Part shown: positions 21,302-31,932 of the stretch, in pieces
Layout: the number at the start of each line of letters is the position of its first letter
Numbering within the stretch: the stretch's first letter is position 1
Origin: Gemmatimonadales bacterium
GTDB lineage: Bacteria; Gemmatimonadota; Gemmatimonadetes; Gemmatimonadales; GWC2-71-9
NCBI GenBank assembly: GCA_965249575.1
Contig: OZ252244.1
Span: 1,472,001-1,536,000, forward strand
Direction: 5' to 3'
DNA length: 64,000 nucleotides
The notes under the pieces: model-generated
The model's input: the letters and a program-made list of their open reading frames with translations, nothing else
What the model was told of the DNA's origin: nothing
Databases searched by the model: none
Made by a program: the position numbers and the translations under genes

Positions 21302-22057
21302 TCAGGCGACGGTCAATCCCCCATCCACCAGGATGACCTGACCAGTGATGTGCCGGGCTTCTTCTGAGCAGAGAAACAATACGACTTCGGCGATGTCATC
21401 GGGCTCCGCCATCCGGCCGAGCACGGCGCGCTTCTTGGCGCGCTCCACCACGTCGTCGGGAAGGTTGTCCAGCATCTCGGTCCGCACGAAACCTGGTGCG
21501 ACCGCATTGACGTTCACGTTCGACGGTCCGAGCTCGACCGCCGCTGCGCGAGTGAGGCCGAGGACCGCCGCTTTGCTCGCCGCATAGTTGGACACACCGA
21601 AGCTCGGCGAGAAAGCCTGATGGGAAGCAACGTTGACGACCTTTCCATAGTGCTGCGTACGGAAAGGCTGCGCCACTGCCTGAATGCAGTGGAATGCTCC
21701 GGTCACGTTGGTGTCCATCACTTCAGACCACGCCGTGTCGGTAAGGCGCCAGAGCGCCCCGTCGCGGGCAATGCCCGCGTTGTTCACCAGATAGTGTACC
21801 CCGCCCAACTCCGCCTGCAGCCGCCCTACGAAACCCTGCACCTGATCCCGGTCCCGAACGTCGCAAGGCTCGCAAAAGACCTGTACGCCCAGGGCCCGGA
21901 GCGCGGTTTCGGTGAGAAGTGCCTGCGCACCGATATCGCGATTCGGGAGGTCGAGGTAGTTGAAGGCGACGTGGACTTCGCGGCGGGCAAACCCGAGGGC
22001 GATGGCGCGCCCGAGCCCGGAAGCGCCCCCGGTCACGAAAGCGACGTTCCCTTTCAT
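21302..22057 (-). CDS. SDR-family oxidoreductase (FabG-like)
   Basis: TGGASGLG, NNAG, YAASK, PGFVRT, VDGG. Confidence 0.9.
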   Translation of the reverse strand: MKGNVAFVTGGASGLGRAIALGFARREVHVAFNYLDLPNRDIGAQALLTETALRALGVQVFCEPCDVRDRDQVQGFVGRLQAELGGVHYLVNNAGIARDGALWRLTDTAWSEVMDTNVTGAFHCIQAVAQPFRTQHYGKVVNVASHQAFSPSFGVSNYAASKAAVLGLTRAAAVELGPSNVNVNAVAPGFVRTEMLDNLPDDVVERAKKRAVLGRMAEPDDIAEVVLFLCSEEARHITGQVILVDGGLTVA

Positions 22058-22343
22058 GTCCCGCGCTGCCAGGCGGGCCTGTTCCGGCCGTGGAATGACG
22101 GCCGCCCCCGACGGCCGGCCACCGCCGGGCTCAAAACCGTGTTCCTGGCTTGGATGGGCGGAGGAGTACTGGATGAGTTATCCACCAGATTGACGGGGAC
22201 CCGAACGTACGACCCGATGCTGCCCGCGGGAAGGGGGGCGCGTCGGACTCACAGCGGCGCGTCGATGCGCCTACGGAGGCAACGGGCTGACATGCGATCC
22301 CGGAACGCTAGATTCCTGGGTTCCCGAGACCAGTGGGGAGACT

Positions 22344-23345
22344 GTGATTCGAACCCTTTCGTTGCTGACGGCGGCCATGCTCATCGTGTGCGAGCCGGCT
22401 CTCGCCCAAGCCGGCTCTGGCATCGCGGCCGACGGGGAAGGCCGCCTGTTTTTCGTGGACCTGTCGAGAGAACGCATATGGAGGTGGGAGCCGGGGGACG
22501 ATCTACTCACGGTCGCGCACGGGAAGTACCAGGACTTCGTTGCGGTGGGAGCAGACGGCACCGCCTTTCTCATTCATCGCGCGCTCCCAATTGAGATGCG
22601 GTGGCTTATTCACACCATCGGTCGCGATGGCGGGGTAACCGAGACCGAGCGCAGCAGCCCCATACCGATCTCGAGCGCCATCACGATCGATTCGTCCGGA
22701 ACCATCTATTACCGGCGCTTCACTGAGTTGATCAGCCTGTCGCCCGAAGGCAAGGCCTCTGCCTGGGCGCGTCCGGTGACCGTCGATAGCCCTGGGTATG
22801 GGGTCTTGGGTCCGGATGGCGGGCTGTACTTCGTGGACAGTAACGCGGTGAAGGTCGCCCGACCGGGCGACGGAGTGCGCACCATCGCGGGGTCGGCCGC
22901 CGAGGGCTACGCCGACGGAGCCGGCGAGGCCGCCCAGTTCTACCGGCCCATGGGGCTGGCTGTTGACTCGACTGGCACGCTCTACGTGGCCGACTACGGG
23001 AACCAACGGATTCGCCGGATCACCACCGACGGCACGGTGTCCACCATCGCCCGCAGCCGCTGGCTGTGGAGGCCGGCGGGCGTTGCCGTCAGCGGGAGCG
23101 ACATCTTCGTCCTCGAGCGTGCCGGCGACTACTACGGCCGCTGGGTGCTACCGCTCACGATGTATTCCTTCGTGTCCGATCTGGCCGGTACGCCACGCAT
23201 TCGAAGGATCGACCTCGACGGCTCCATGACGACGGTGGTGACCGTACGGCGGTACACGACACTCGTCGTTCTCGGGCTGGGTTTGATCGGGGGCTTCTGG
23301 GGCGGGATCCTGTGGCTGAAGAAGCAGGCGGCGCGAGGAGCGTAG
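22344..23345 (+). CDS. NHL-repeat protein with signal peptide and C-terminal TM helix
   Basis: DGAGEAAQFYRPMGLAVDSTGTLYVADYGNQRIRRI. Confidence 0.75.
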   Translation: MIRTLSLLTAAMLIVCEPALAQAGSGIAADGEGRLFFVDLSRERIWRWEPGDDLLTVAHGKYQDFVAVGADGTAFLIHRALPIEMRWLIHTIGRDGGVTETERSSPIPISSAITIDSSGTIYYRRFTELISLSPEGKASAWARPVTVDSPGYGVLGPDGGLYFVDSNAVKVARPGDGVRTIAGSAAEGYADGAGEAAQFYRPMGLAVDSTGTLYVADYGNQRIRRITTDGTVSTIARSRWLWRPAGVAVSGSDIFVLERAGDYYGRWVLPLTMYSFVSDLAGTPRIRRIDLDGSMTTVVTVRRYTTLVVLGLGLIGGFWGGILWLKKQAARGA

Positions 23346-23380
23346 GCCGCGAGCGCAGGACCAGGGCCCGCATCACGTCC

Positions 23381-23857
23381 TCATTCCCCACCCTCGTGCT
23401 GTAGCGCTTCCAACACGTGCGCCGGGTGCGCCGCAGCATTCGCCACCCGGGGCCAGTATTTCCTGACCTTCCCGTTCGACCCTACCCACACCGTCGAACG
23501 AATGACGCCCTTCGTCTTCTTGCCGTACATCATCTTGTCCCCGTACGCCCCGTATTTCGTCATGACCTTCCGGTCGGGGTCGGAGAGCAGCGGGAACGGC
23601 AGTTCATACCTAGCGGCGAACTCTTGGTGGGATTCCGCGCCGTCCGGTGAAACGCCGAGCACCGTAGCGCCGGCCTGTTGGATTTCCCGCCATAGATCCC
23701 GAAACCCCTGGGCCTCTTTCGTGCACCCCGGCGTGTCGTCTCGGGGATAGAAATACACGATCACGTCCCGTCCGCGAAGATCTTTGAGCGCAACGGCCTG
23801 GCCCGAGGAATCCTTGAGCTTGAACGCCGGCGCGGCCTTGCCAACCTCAATCGGCAT
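23381..23857 (-). CDS. bcp: Peroxiredoxin BCP
   Basis: YFYPRDDTPGCTKEA, GVSPD, LLSDPD. Confidence 0.9.
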   Translation of the reverse strand: MPIEVGKAAPAFKLKDSSGQAVALKDLRGRDVIVYFYPRDDTPGCTKEAQGFRDLWREIQQAGATVLGVSPDGAESHQEFAARYELPFPLLSDPDRKVMTKYGAYGDKMMYGKKTKGVIRSTVWVGSNGKVRKYWPRVANAAAHPAHVLEALQHEGGE

Positions 23858-24077
23858 CGCAATCCCTCCCATTCATGAAAAAAACCATCCACCCCTGTTG
23901 TCACCCTGGCGGCCGGGGCCCGAGGGGTCGACCCTGATCGCGTGTTGTGGACGGTGCGGGACTCGAGCCGCGAGGGTTGTCTCGCCGCAGCTCGGACCCG
24001 TAGAAGTCGAGCTTATGGCATCGCTGACACTGACTCGCTCCAGTTTTCGGTATTCCAGTAGTTCGTCTGCCGATGCC

Positions 24078-25133
24078 TCAGTACAGCATGGTAATCAAAG
24101 AGAGGCTCACACCGCCGACCAGCAACGCGGAAAAAAGTCCGATGGCCAATGGTTTCGGGCCAATGCTCTTCAGACCTTTGATGCTCGTGCCCAGCCCGAC
24201 GGCCGCCATTGCGATGGCCAAGCAAATTTCGGCAAATCGCTCCGTATAGTTGGCGACAAATTGCCACGTATCAGGCTGCAGAAACCCGAACGCCAGGTCG
24301 CCTGAGTCGCCAATGGTCCGCAAAAGGCTCATGCAGGCGAACCCGACGACGAACAATGGAATCATCGTCCACCATTTCGGCGCCGCGCCGGCGTCGGCCG
24401 AATTGCGGTGATACATGATGCTCGTCAATGGAATGATGATCAGCATACCGAGGTTACGCACCAGCTTGGTCACCGTCGCAACGTCGAGCGCCTGTGGATC
24501 ATCGTAATACTGCTGATAGACCAGGCCGGAACCGACAACCTGTGCTGTTTCGTGAACGGACGTACCGAGGAACAGCCCGCTGGCGAAGGCATCGCCGGAG
24601 AAGATCCAGTGACCGGCGAAGGGATATGCAAGCATCGCGACAACACCGAACAAAGTAATACAGGCGACGGAGTAACTCACTTCATCGTCTCTTGCGCCAA
24701 TGGCAGGTGCCGCTGCGACGATCGCGGTTGCACCGCACACACTGGTGCCAACGGCAATCAGTGTACCGAGCCGTCCGCTCAGGCCGACCTTGCGGGCCAG
24801 AAACGTGACGACCAAAAGGGCTGCCGCAACGGCGCCGATGATGACCGGCAGACTCCGAAGACCGATGGCACCGGCTTCGCCCAGACTCAGGCGGATGCCA
24901 AGGAACACGATGCCAAGCCGCAATATTCGTACGAGTCCGAACCGAATGCCCGGCTGAACGGAATCGGGCAGTGAGAGCGTGTTTCGTATCAGGATACCCA
25001 GGAGAATTGCCATCATGATGGCGCTGATCGGACTTTTTGGCAGCCCCATCAATTCAACACCGATCAGTTCCGACAGAAACTGGCCGGCGATTGCCAGAAT
25101 GAATGCGAGGATCAGTCCCGGGAGAACAGGCAT
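24078..25133 (-). CDS. YeiH/putative sulfate exporter family membrane protein
   Basis: GTSVCGATAI, GTSVHETAQV, TKLVRN; many TM helices. Confidence 0.85.
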   Translation of the reverse strand: MPVLPGLILAFILAIAGQFLSELIGVELMGLPKSPISAIMMAILLGILIRNTLSLPDSVQPGIRFGLVRILRLGIVFLGIRLSLGEAGAIGLRSLPVIIGAVAAALLVVTFLARKVGLSGRLGTLIAVGTSVCGATAIVAAAPAIGARDDEVSYSVACITLFGVVAMLAYPFAGHWIFSGDAFASGLFLGTSVHETAQVVGSGLVYQQYYDDPQALDVATVTKLVRNLGMLIIIPLTSIMYHRNSADAGAAPKWWTMIPLFVVGFACMSLLRTIGDSGDLAFGFLQPDTWQFVANYTERFAEICLAIAMAAVGLGTSIKGLKSIGPKPLAIGLFSALLVGGVSLSLITMLY

Positions 25134-25313
25134 AGCTCAGGGAGTAGCCTTTTGTGGATTCGCAGCGGTGCAGAATGAAGGGCGCTTAACATTTCGCCTC
25201 AGCGCCCTCCGGATTGCCGATCTACGCTGCCGTGTGCTTGATGAGGAATCTTTGACGGTCCTTCTGCCCCGGTGATCCGGAAGTTAACCGCCGGAGGGCG
25301 CAGCGTAGGCGAC

Positions 25314-26131
25314 CTACCGCTTGACACCGCGCACGACGACGAACTCGCCGGGAATAGCAAACCCTGCGCCGTTTCGATATGGCTCGATGGACGCGACGTA
25401 GTGGCATGTGCGTCTTCCCGCGTCTGCTCATCGAACCGCGAATACGCGAGCGCTACCGGCCCGCCGGCAAACGCGGCGCCGCACGCGGCTTCTGCCGAGT
25501 CGTAGCGCAGGATGGTGGACAGCCGATCTGCCGTGATGCCCATAAATCCCGCGGCCCCGAAGGTCTTCTCGAGCAGGTTCCCCGTGCCGAGCTGAAAGAA
25601 CATCGGACACACTTCGCTTCGTACCCGGGAATCGACGATCGGGAAGATCTCCGCCCAACCGCACGCGTCGCGCGCGCCCCATACCGCGGCGACGGCACGT
25701 CCGCCGGGTTTCAGAACGCGATGCGACTCCGTGAGCGCCTTCAACGGATCGGGAAAGTACATGAGCCCCAGCGCGCAGAGAACGGCATCGAACGAGGCGT
25801 CCGGAAACTGGAGGTCCTCCGCATCCATGCGCGCGAACGTCGCGCCGTCCACACCTCGCTCTGCCGCTGCCTCCCGGACCCTGTTGACCATGCTGTCCGA
25901 GATATCCGTACCCACCACCTCGCCCCCCGGACCTACCGCGTGAGTCGCCGGGATCGTTACGAGCCCAGTACCACAGGCCACGTCGAGCACCCCCTCACCG
26001 GGAGCCAAGGCCGCAAGTTCCAGGAGCCGCGCCTGCGCCGGCGCGAGCTGCCGGCTCCAGTAGCCCTCGTAGTAGTCGGCGGCTTTGTCCCATCCGTAGC
26101 GCTGTACCCTGCGCTGCAATCTCGCGTCCAT
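25314..26131 (-). CDS. Class I SAM-dependent methyltransferase (UbiE-like); frameshift near 25402
   Basis: MDARLQRRVQRYGWDKA, VLDVACGTG, MDAEDL, LKPGGR; an alternative frame gives YVASIEPYRNGAGFAIPGEFVVVRGVKR*. Confidence 0.8.
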
Positions 26132-26133
26132 CG

Positions 26134-26515
26134 TTATCCCTTCGGCGCCACGACGCGCACCTCTCGCCGGAGCGTCTGTGGCTGGCTGAATACCGCCGTC
26201 GTAGTCCGCCTGGATCTCCACCTCGACCCCTGCGACTGGCACGCCCAGTTGGGCGGCCCACTGCGCGTAGCTCATTGCGAGGCAGGAGCCCAGCGCCCCC
26301 CGGCCGAGCACCCCGGCGTTCGGACCCTGGTTGTTCCCACCCGACTTCTCACCCATATCGGCGGTGAGCTTCCACTCGCCATCTTCGATGTCGCAGGTCA
26401 AGCCCTCGCGGAGTCGCACCCGCGTCACAGCTGTGCCGGTTCCTAACGTAGGCCGCAAGGAAAGGGCCTTGGCGTTCCGATCGAAGGCGATCTTGATTCT
26501 TTCCTTGGAATCCAT
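26134..26515 (-). pseudogene. OsmC-family protein with an internal deletion/frameshift
   Basis: GPNAGVLGRGALGSCLAMSY...VEIQADYD; a shifted frame then reads AVFSQPQTLRREVRVVAPKG* ending at 26134. Confidence 0.65.
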
Positions 26516-26763
26516 TCGGTGCCCTCCTATCCCTCTTTATCTACCAAAAGCGCCAAAGTGGGCGGTAATAGCTCATGGTGCACGCACTGTCGGTCTACCT
26601 GCGTACATAAGCGGGTGGAGCGGGTGCCACGCCGCTGGGCTTTTATGGGGCTCGGCCGCGAGCGCCAGTTGGACTCGGGGTCCAACGTACTACGACGCTG
26701 ATCAGGTAGGGAACCCGACGGGAGAGACAGGGAGTCGCCCCGAGAAGAGGGCCGCTCGGGATA

Positions 26764-28461
26764 CTATCTGACGCTGGAAAGCGTGCCGTTCGCGTCCACG
26801 AAGTCGATCGGCCAGACCTTGACGTCGTCGAGGAGCAATAGCCGGCCCGCGAGGCGCGACGCAGCCAGGGGTGTCGGTAGCGTGTACGTGTCCGCCTTTG
26901 TGGTATTCACCGCATAACCGAGGTCCACCATGGACGTGACGCTCACCACGCTCAGAGCATTCGACCCCGAGTTGAGATAGCCGGTCATGAGCTCGTCATT
27001 GAACACCGACTCCCTCCAGTGTTTCTCGATGGTGCCAGGTCCGCCGATATTCTCGAGCGGCACCGCGGTGTTCGCGGGCCCTCCCACCGCCGCGTAGCCG
27101 ATGCTTGCGGCCAGCCCGTTGAAGACAGGATTCGCCGTGCCCGACCCGAGCACCAGAGAGAACAGGTTCCAGAGGGAGCCGTACCCGAACACGTGCGCCA
27201 TTTCATGGAGGATCACGAGGTCCAGTTGTCCGCTCTGCTCCAGGCCGTCGAGGTCGGCGACGTCAAACGTCATGCTGCCGACGACCGGAAGGAGGTTGGA
27301 GGTTCGGACGACGCACGGCCCGGCCTGGCCCAGGATGCCACTCGGCCCGTCGATCGGGCCGACGTTGACGAAGATGATCACATCGTCGATGACCTGGCTG
27401 ATGTGCGGGCCGCAACCTGGGGTGAAACCGCCGAAGATCAGGCCGAGATCTCCGGTGATGATTTCCTCCCACCTCGCGACCGCGTCGGTGAATGCCGTGA
27501 GCTGCGTGGCGGTCACGCGGCTCAAGAAGCGGAGCTCGATATCATACCCGACCCAGTCAACCACGCCCAACACCGTCACCGGGGTGGCTCCGTCTGCCTC
27601 GACACCTCCCGTGGAAGCCGTAGCGAGGACGACGCCGTCAGACACACCAGTTAAGACGCCGCTGCCGCTGATGCTGGCGATGAGGTTATTCGAGATCGAC
27701 CACGTGACCGTGCCGCCCACGTCCCGCCCAACGACGTCCCGGACTACGGCGCTCAGTGGGAGATTCGCGCCGACGTTCACGAGACCTCCAATGGGGGTGA
27801 CGTCGACGTACCCATTTGGATACTGGACGTCGCCCTGTACGAAGACCTGAAAGGAAAAGGTGGTCGCCGTCTGTGGGACGTTGAACTCCCACTTGCGATT
27901 CGTGGACATCTGTCCCGGTACCAACATCCCAGCGTATTCGAAATACGGCTGATTCGATCCCGTGAACGTACCAGTGCCGCTCGGATCCTTGACCGTAACG
28001 ACGCCCGATCCCGACGTCACCGTCGGACCGTCATGAAAGAAGACCTTCACCCCGCTCGGCACACCACCGTCCGGGGTCCCCAGCGCCTGTCCGAGCAAGT
28101 TCTGGACTGTAACGTCCGCCGAGAACACCTCCGCAACGTCGTCGTAACCGGCGTTCGAGGATGCCAGTCGAACGAACACTCCCTGACCTCCAACGATCAA
28201 CGAAGTGGCGCCCGGAGCCAGCGGCGCATCCGACTTGGCGCACTGCAGCGAGCCGTCGCCCATGTCCGCGGAGCAGGCAACGGCGAACGCAACTGGGGAG
28301 CCTTCAGGAGAAACGACGGGTCGGACGGAAGTCGGTGAATCGACCTCGACTGACGAGGTCGCACTCGGTGCAGTGACCGACTCTCGATCGATGCAGGCCG
28401 TAAGAAAAACCGAAACGCCTACAAAGGCTGGAAAACGGCCCAGCCTTCGGATACCGCTCAC
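26764..28461 (-). CDS. Lipoprotein with Ig-like domain and leishmanolysin-like (M8) zinc metallopeptidase domain
   Basis: FLTAC lipobox; GILGQAGPC, HEMAHVFG, HWRE, ELMTG. Confidence 0.82.
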   Translation of the reverse strand: MSGIRRLGRFPAFVGVSVFLTACIDRESVTAPSATSSVEVDSPTSVRPVVSPEGSPVAFAVACSADMGDGSLQCAKSDAPLAPGATSLIVGGQGVFVRLASSNAGYDDVAEVFSADVTVQNLLGQALGTPDGGVPSGVKVFFHDGPTVTSGSGVVTVKDPSGTGTFTGSNQPYFEYAGMLVPGQMSTNRKWEFNVPQTATTFSFQVFVQGDVQYPNGYVDVTPIGGLVNVGANLPLSAVVRDVVGRDVGGTVTWSISNNLIASISGSGVLTGVSDGVVLATASTGGVEADGATPVTVLGVVDWVGYDIELRFLSRVTATQLTAFTDAVARWEEIITGDLGLIFGGFTPGCGPHISQVIDDVIIFVNVGPIDGPSGILGQAGPCVVRTSNLLPVVGSMTFDVADLDGLEQSGQLDLVILHEMAHVFGYGSLWNLFSLVLGSGTANPVFNGLAASIGYAAVGGPANTAVPLENIGGPGTIEKHWRESVFNDELMTGYLNSGSNALSVVSVTSMVDLGYAVNTTKADTYTLPTPLAASRLAGRLLLLDDVKVWPIDFVDANGTLSSVR

Positions 28462-28558
28462 GGGATGTCCCTCGCATTAAGCTCAGATGTCGAGCGTTGG
28501 AACTGCGACACGCGCGCAGCAGTGCACGCGCGCAACAGTCTACCGTTGCACTTAGTGG

Positions 28559-28574
28559 TGCAGCGATCGTGCCA
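28559..28574 (-). promoter_or_regulatory. Putative sigma54 (-24/-12) promoter
   Basis: TGGCACGATCGCTGCA on the minus strand with exact GG-N10-GC spacing, about 100 bp upstream of the M8 peptidase start. Confidence 0.5.
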
Positions 28575-28729
28575 GCGGCGACGTTGCTTTCGTCGCTGAA
28601 TTGCGCGACTACGCAGATACAGGTGCGCGGTTTGGGTTCTTACATTCTCCACGTGTTGCGTGCATGCCACTCTTGCGCACGCCTGATTCCGCCACGATGT
28701 TGGCCGCCCAAGCCACCGGAGTAGCATCC

Positions 28730-30999
28730 ATGAAGTGGACCCCCGCACTTCTCCTACCCCTCGCAGTGCTCGGTTGCGAATCGGACCTCCCCGTCCAACC
28801 CTTCGAGCAAGACCAACCGGACCTGGCGATCTCCGATGCGGCACACAGCGGAGGACGAGCGGGCTTCTACTTCCTGCCGCCCCTGGTGCCAAACCCGCAC
28901 GCAACGGGACCTTCGACCCATCCCTTCTACCCTTGTTGGCCGTGGAGATCTGCGAATGGACGGGGTCGGGGTGCGTGCTTCCCTTGGTGGCGCGGTTCAC
29001 GAGCGAGGAGGGCACTGACGGTCGCGTGATTCGGATCAAGGGCGAAGATGACGACGAGGACGACGACGATGATGACGAAGACGGGGATGATGAGGACGAC
29101 GATGATGACCAGCAGCATTACGCCGTGAAATGGAAGACCCAAAAGTCCGACCTGGACCCAAGCGCAGATTACCGGATCCGTGTGCTCGCCTCGGGAGTGG
29201 AGCTAGGGCACGCGGACGTCGACGTGGTGAAGAAGGGCAAGGAGCTCAAGAACGTCAATACCGGCGAGTTCATCCCCCTCAAGAACGGCCGCACGCTGCC
29301 GATCAAGTTCCGAGTCGAGGAGGGTGCCATCGCACAGGTCGGCGCCGGCGGGGGCCAGACGGAGCTCGCGGGCGGGCAGGTGATGCTGGACATCCCGGCC
29401 GGTGCCGTTGGCGGGCCGATCGCGGTGGACGCGGTCCCCGTCACCGATCCCTCCACGCTGCCGCCGAGTCCCACGCCGATCCCGGGCACCGCGTTCGACC
29501 TCCAGCCGGATGGGACGGTCTTCGCCGAGCCGATCCGGCTCACGATCTCGTATGATCCTGCAATGCTCTCACCCGGCGTGCCCGAAGCGGAGCTGCGGAT
29601 CCACAAGCTGGTGAACGGCGAATACGTCCAGCTCGACGCAGGCCTGGTGGACCTCGCCAACAAAACCGTTTCGGGCCTCACCGACGGGTTCAGTATATAC
29701 GTCCTGCTCCAACGGCTTTTTCCGGGCAGCCCCACTGACATTACCCTGCCCCAGGTCGGCCTCGTGACCGTACAGGACCCGCAATCCGGCATGTTCGGGG
29801 ATGCGGCGGCAATCGACGTCTCCGCGAGTGGCGTGGCACTCACATTCCGGGTAAGCGCCACGGACGACATCTCCGGCGTGAACTTTGTGTCGATCGCCTA
29901 CCTGAGTCCGACGAGGAGCCCGACGTCGGGCCAAGCGCAATCCTGCGCCAGCCTCGTCCCTTCGTCCGGCAGCGACACGAATGGGAAATGGGAATGCCAG
30001 ATAGCCTGGCCGCAGTACAGCGAGCCGGGTCCTTGGCAGCTTCGTGTTACCGCGAGGGACCAAGCGGGCAACTTTGCGTCGTACCGCATAGCTACCGGCA
30101 ACACGCTGTGTACAACGGGTGGCGAGTGCCTGACGCCCCCCCTACCCATCGTGGTCGTGAGCAGCAACCCGTTCGACCAAGGGCCCCCGGCGATCGTCGA
30201 GGCGGGGTTCGGGCTGCCGAGCGACCCCACGCCGACGATCAGCGGCAACATCGCGGTGGATGTGACCGCGGGGCCAGAGCCGATCGTTTTCAGGATGCAC
30301 TTAACGGACGATCTCAGTGGCAACATTGGAAATGAGAGTGCGGGTGTGGGCCTGCGCAGCCCTAGTGGCCTACGAACGGTTGCCTGCTTCTTCCTTTCAC
30401 TCGTTCAAGGAAGTCCCACCGATGGCATCTGGGAGTGCGGCGCGACGATTCCGGAGTTCAGCGAGTCCGGGCCATGGTCGTATTCGTCTGTCCCTCTGTT
30501 CGACCGAGTTGGAAACCGCGTCACATATGGAACTGACATGGCTGGGCAGCTTTGCCCGTCCATTGGACCGTGTATACCCAACGCCACGGTTGACGTCACC
30601 AGCATCTCCGACCTCAACGCTCCGCTCCTCACGCAGTTTCAGCTGAGCGTCGTGGACGCGACAGTTACCGTCACCACGACGGTGACCGAGGATGTCAGCG
30701 GTACGACTCGCATGGACGTTTCCTTCCGGAGCGCAATCGCCCCATCGCAGTTCCAGGGCTGCCAAGCCTTTGCCCCCCTGGCAGGCGATGCGATCAACGG
30801 CACATGGGAGTGCTTGTTCACGCTGCCGCAATTCGCCGCGACGGGCTCCTGGCCGCTGTTCCTCCTAAGGCTCAGGGACGCTGCGGGCAACCTTAGGCGG
30901 TACACACGTCGAGCCAGCGACGGATTCCTGTGCTACGACGATGGGGCCGGTGGGCAGGTGTGCACGGGCTTTGGGGACACGGAGTTCATTGTGCAGTAG
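28730..30999 (+). CDS. Large surface lipoprotein (ZU5-like segment, poly-Asp/Glu tract, three Cys-containing Ig-like repeats); frameshift near 28900
   Basis: MKWTPALLLPLAVLGC lipobox in one frame; the body (GTFDPSLLP...FIVQ) is in another. Confidence 0.7.
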
Positions 31000-31050
31000 T
31001 AAGTGGTGAGTAGTGAGTAGTAGTGGTGAGTGGCGATGTCGCCACTCGCC
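30997..31050. terminator. Short AGTG/AGTAG tandem run plus hairpin between convergent genes
   Basis: GGTGAGTGGCGA-TG-TCGCCACTCGCC inverted repeat preceded by TAGTAAGTGGTGAGTAGTGAGTAGTAGT. Confidence 0.5.
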
Positions 31051-31053
31051 ATC

Positions 31054-31893
31054 TCAAATGAACCGGATCTCCAGCGCGTCGCGTACGTGCCGGTACCCGA
31101 TTCGCTGGTAGATCGAGTTCGACGTCGGGTTCGACAGGTCGGCGTAGAGGAAACAGAACCGACGGCCTTGGTCCAGCATGCGCTGGGAGAGCGCGGCGAC
31201 GCAGCTCGATGCGTACCCGCGTCCCCGCAGCTCCTCCGGGGTGTAGACGAACGCGATCCGTGCGCCGTTCGGCGTATTACCGGTGACGCCCGCCATCGAC
31301 CGAGGCTCGCCGTCCTCCCAGAAGAACATCGACTCCGAGCGCACGAGACTTCGGGTCAATCGCTCGAGGCTCCCCGCCGGCACCCCCGCAAAACGTATCA
31401 TCGCCTCGGCCCAATCGAGCACCAATGGCAGGTCCGCATCGGTAGCGAGTCGAAGACCGCCTGGCGCCGGCTTACTCGGAGAGATGACCTCCTCGAGCGC
31501 GTAAATGCCTTGGCGCATTCCCCGCTCCCATTCCCCACCGAACTCAAGGGTCCACAGGTCGGCGAACTGCACCGCGGCCGGTTCCGGACCGAGGACACCC
31601 GGTAAAGAGCCGTACACTTCCCGAACGTCCCGCACGAGGCGAGGGATCGCCGACTCGGGCGCGCGCGTGAGCCCCAACTTGAACGGCGGCGTGCGAAAGG
31701 CACACGTCACGATCGACTCGTTCTCTACCACCGCCGCGAGGTAGATCGGCTCCTCGAAGGGATGGTCGCCGCGGCGCACCTGGTGCGCCACGCCGAGGAT
31801 GAGGTTGTTCTCGGCCTCCGCCTGGCGCAGCCAACCCTCGGCGCGCTCAAGAAACGAGTCGACGTCGTCGAATCGGATAACTCTCAATGGCAA
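31054..31893 (-). CDS. GNAT-family N-acetyltransferase
   Basis: VYTPEELRGRGYAS, LYADLSNPTSNSIYQRIGY. Confidence 0.88.
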   Translation of the reverse strand: MPLRVIRFDDVDSFLERAEGWLRQAEAENNLILGVAHQVRRGDHPFEEPIYLAAVVENESIVTCAFRTPPFKLGLTRAPESAIPRLVRDVREVYGSLPGVLGPEPAAVQFADLWTLEFGGEWERGMRQGIYALEEVISPSKPAPGGLRLATDADLPLVLDWAEAMIRFAGVPAGSLERLTRSLVRSESMFFWEDGEPRSMAGVTGNTPNGARIAFVYTPEELRGRGYASSCVAALSQRMLDQGRRFCFLYADLSNPTSNSIYQRIGYRHVRDALEIRFI

Positions 31894-31932
31894 TCATCCC
31901 TCGCGCCCATCTCACCTCTCACTTCTCACCGC

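Noticed and set aside
16273..22057. Anaerobic benzoyl-CoA pathway cluster (hydratase, SDR, glutaryl-CoA dehydrogenase-like)
   Set aside because: No benzoyl-CoA reductase, ligase or ring hydrolase is present, and the families are generic.
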